A DNA stretch of 64,000 nucleotides, taken from NCBI GenBank assembly GCA_000442015.1, contig KE560959.1, positions 124,001 to 188,000 on the forward strand. Direction: 5' to 3'. Made by a program: the position numbers and the translations under genes. A model generated the notes under the pieces. The model had not been told where the DNA came from. It worked only from the letters and a program-made list of their open reading frames with translations, and did not search any database. Positions 58,055 through 64,000 of this stretch are shown in pieces. Position 1 is the first letter of the stretch; the number at the start of each line of letters is the position of its first letter. The stretch comes from Rozella allomycis CSF55 (lineage: Eukaryota).

Positions 58055-59668
58055 CTGACTTTAAATTTTGTCACTGCATCCTGGGCCGATATTACCTTGT
58101 ACAAAATTTTATCGACTATTTACTGCCATAACACATTCATCTATTGCGACAATAGAAAAAGGAGCGTTTTGGTCGTCAGAAAATAGCACTGCCTCACCAA
58201 AAAATTCCCCTTCTTGATATTGTTGAATAGGCACATTAAATAGCTTTCCATGCAATTCCAGTTTTTGCTTAACTTCACAAGTCCCTTTCCTAACTATGAG
58301 AATTTCAGTCATCGGTTTTCCTTCTTCCATAATGACTTCTTTTGGTTTGAATGATTTCCATTTTATAACTTCTACCACTGATTTAAGAGTCTCCTCTTGC
58401 CAATCCGCAAAATCTTTCAATTTTTTCATAAAGTTTATCTTTTCTTTACATTCATTATCATAAATAAACCTAAGTATTCTGTTATAATCGCTTTTTTCAA
58501 CTCGGGCAAACTGTGTGAACTCGCTTGTGACTACTGTCGCGGATCTAGGCTTATCATTAACCAGCGCCAAATCTCCAAAACCACTACCTGCTCCCAACGA
58601 CACTACAGTTTTAGAGTCTGATATAATCCCCGTTTTAGATATTTTAACATCCACTTTTCCTTTTAATATAACGTACCAACTTGTTCCAACATCGCCTTGC
58701 ATAAAAACAACAGTATCCGAGTTCATTTCATCAAAAAGCATTACGCTGCACAACTCTTGTAACACAAAAGATGATAATTTTTCAAACGCTTTTATATTTT
58801 TTACGTTTTTAAATAACTTGCGGCGATCGACTTTGGTCCTTTCATGAGGCTCCTTTTTCAATAAGTTAACAGTTAGATCGTGGTTGTAGCCATTCTCATT
58901 TTTCTCTTTTCTCATTTCAGGTGGTACATATTTTATTATTTTCAGTTCCCTGATTGCTTTAGGAGCAACTTTTTTAAATGGCTGTTTTGGAGCAGCTAAA
59001 ATTTTGTCAGGCTGATATGGAACGGAGTTTTGTTTACAAAATAGTTTCATCCATTCTAATACATTCTTTTCCGTTAATATTTCGTCACTTTTATGTTTGT
59101 TGAGTGGTCTAAAAGCATGGTCTACACTTTTGCCAAAATACGCGCGCCTTAAAGATTGTGTAGTAATAGGCCGGTCTATTACTTGAGCTATTGTGTTGGG
59201 TCTTGACTGAAATTCAATGTTGTTCATAGATTCTAGAGTAATAGGTCTTGACGAAAAAGAATGAGGTATAATTTCTCCCGTATTCTTTGAAGCTACTTCT
59301 TTTATAAGTTTAAAAAATTCATTGTGCTTTGAAATCCGGGTGTGAGTGTCTCCTAGCTCGTATGAATTCTCTTTAGAATATTGGACAACCTTTTGATAAT
59401 CTACCACATGTGACACTTTCTTTGTTGGATGATTCAGTAACAAGGGATAAGAATTTGAACATTGTTCGGCTTTTTCTCGATTTGCTATGCCTGATTGAAT
59501 TCTTTTAGTGGCGGTTTTTGTCAATCTGTGGGCTGGTAAAGAAATTATATGTTTTGCGTGAAATATTCTTTCGCTTGAATGGCCTTGACTATTTTTCCCG
59601 CTTTTGGATCTGAAATAAGCATTCTTAATTTCATAATCTCTCAGATGCTCCCTCAAGCAACTGTCCAT
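58055..59668 (-). CDS. Cyclic nucleotide-binding domain protein (two CNB domains), 3' end lost in gap
   Basis: VFMQGDVGTSWYVILKGKV..GFGDLALVNDKPRSATV; second CNB IMEEG..FFGE. Confidence 0.8.
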
Positions 59669-59717
59669 ATCGGGAGTAAGTGAAAGCTAAAAATAAACTT
59701 GCAAAAGATTTAATAAT

Positions 59718-62275
<2,558 letters not shown>

Positions 62276-62420
62276 TGAACTTAGCCACAATCTATTTTCG
62301 AATCAAATGAAATAATATCAAATGTGAATATGCGAGTAAGAATAAAATTATAAAAATGTTTAAATATCTGTTGTTTATCTTTGTGTGTGTATAATCTCGA
62401 AAATTAATTCGGGAAATTTC

Positions 62421-64000
62421 ATGAATTCTCCGGATGAAACCCACACTGAAAAACCAGAAGAATGTCGATATATAAATACATCTGACGCTGATAACAAAAA
62501 CTTATTTCCCGATAACCGAGTTCGGACTGCGCGTTATACGTTATATTCATTTTTACCAAAACAATTGTTGTATCAGTTTTCCAAGATTGCTAATGTGTAT
62601 TTTTTGTTTATATCTGTGCTTCAAATGATACCGGGACTATCACCGACTGGAACATGGACTACGATAGTTCCACTTTCTGTATTTGTGGTACTTGGTATGT
62701 TGCGAGAAGGCTATGACGATCATAAGAGATATCAGCAGGATGATGTTGAAAATAATACGCCTGCGATTGTTATGAGGAAAAAGGATGATAAGATGGAATG
62801 GGTGACAGTTCCATGGTGGGATGTGAGAGTTGGCGAAAAGTTGATTGTGAGAAACAATGAATTTTTCCCAGCGGATATATTATTGTTGAATTCTAGTGAG
62901 ATTGAAGGGGTGTGTTATGTTGAGACTGCGAATTTAGATGGAGAAACCAATTTGAAGAGCAAAGAGTCGCTGGACGTGACTGTTAAAGCAGCGTGGACGG
63001 AAGACCATTTAAAGGAGTTGAATAGTAAAAACATGGAATTGTTAGAATAGTGAATATTAAAGTGCAATTGCCAGATAATGATTTGTATAACTTTGATGGG
63101 GCGATTGTATTGACTGAAAATGGAGAAGAGATTAAGCGACCTGTTGGGATTAATCAGTTGTTGCTTAGAGGGAGTCAGTTGAAGAAGACAAGTTTTATTT
63201 ATGGGGTTGTTGTTTATACTGGTGAGGATACAAAGATTAGAAGGAATGGAAATGCCAATATCAAGAGTAAAATGTCTGTGATGGAAACGAGAATAACCAA
63301 CAGAATAATAGCGATGGTGTTTATATTTGTATTGATGGTTGCACTAATTTCATTTCTAGTTTTTATATTCCAGAATGGAGATTTGCCATGGTATGTTTCT
63401 AGCCAAACTACTGCCGATTTAGCGATGCAGTATTTTACGTTTGTAGTTTTGTACAATACGATGATTCCAATTTCATTGTATGTTACATTAGAAATTGTTA
63501 GAATGACGCAGGCATTTTATATTGACAGTGACGTGGAAATGTACTGTGCTGAATCTGACACCCCTGCCAAAGCGAGGACTAGTTCATTGAATGAAGATTT
63601 GGGGCAAATAAGTTATTTATTCTCTGACAAGGTAGAAATAAATTGAAATAACGATAGACGGGAACATTAACTGAGAATAAAATGATAATGCGATATTTTA
63701 CAACAAAGGGGATGTTGATACAACAGGGGTTGGTTGATGGTAAAATAAAACTGAAATAAATTTGTAGAATCGATGAAGATTAAGAGTGAAAAGGTTATAT
63801 TGGATCCAAGTAGGGAACAAAAAGAGATGATGGTTGAGTTTATGCAGTGTTTGTCACTTTGTCACACTGTGTTGCCTACAATTCCAGAACATTCTGTAAT
63901 CACTAAGCCATCAGAAGATAAGAATGGAATAACAATGAACAAATTCAAAACACTTGATGAGAGTGAAAATGGGTATTTCAAGTCTATAGAGTACCAAGCA
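62421..64000 (+). CDS. P4-type ATPase phospholipid flippase (runs off window)
   Basis: DNRVRTARY, QFSKIANVYFL, ETANLDGETNLK, LLLRGS, IPISLYVTLE, FSDKTGTLTEN, LCHTV. Confidence 0.93.

Overview
AT-rich, very gene-dense eukaryotic DNA with about 37 protein-coding genes and one initiator tRNA-Met. Almost every gene is broken by tiny GT-AG introns of about 26-31 nt. The gene content (flagellar DRC9/IQCG, cyclin E-like cyclin, four-LIM paxillin, ROCK/MRCK-like kinase, class C GPCR, fungal-type Rsp5 and Yck-type CK1) points to a compact, early-diverging zoosporic fungus, plausibly a Rozella-like cryptomycete; this is an inference, not a database result. The most striking structure is in TOP2. Four of its introns are exact head-to-tail concatemers of unit-length introns (each GTAA...AG, 27-31 nt) with zero-length exons between them. 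Unit number and sequence differ between two assembled copies whose exons are nearly identical. This suggests recursive, piecewise splicing of hypervariable mini-intron arrays. Other signals: an AGCCAC/GTGGCT motif next to many start codons, two divergent gene pairs with ATGs only 18 nt apart, a repeat-rich surface protein split into halves 8.6 kb apart at N joins, a probable GT-TG intron, and an unusual kinase architecture. Single Ns mark contig joins, so some duplications are probably haplotype or assembly artefacts. Exon boundaries were worked out by eye.
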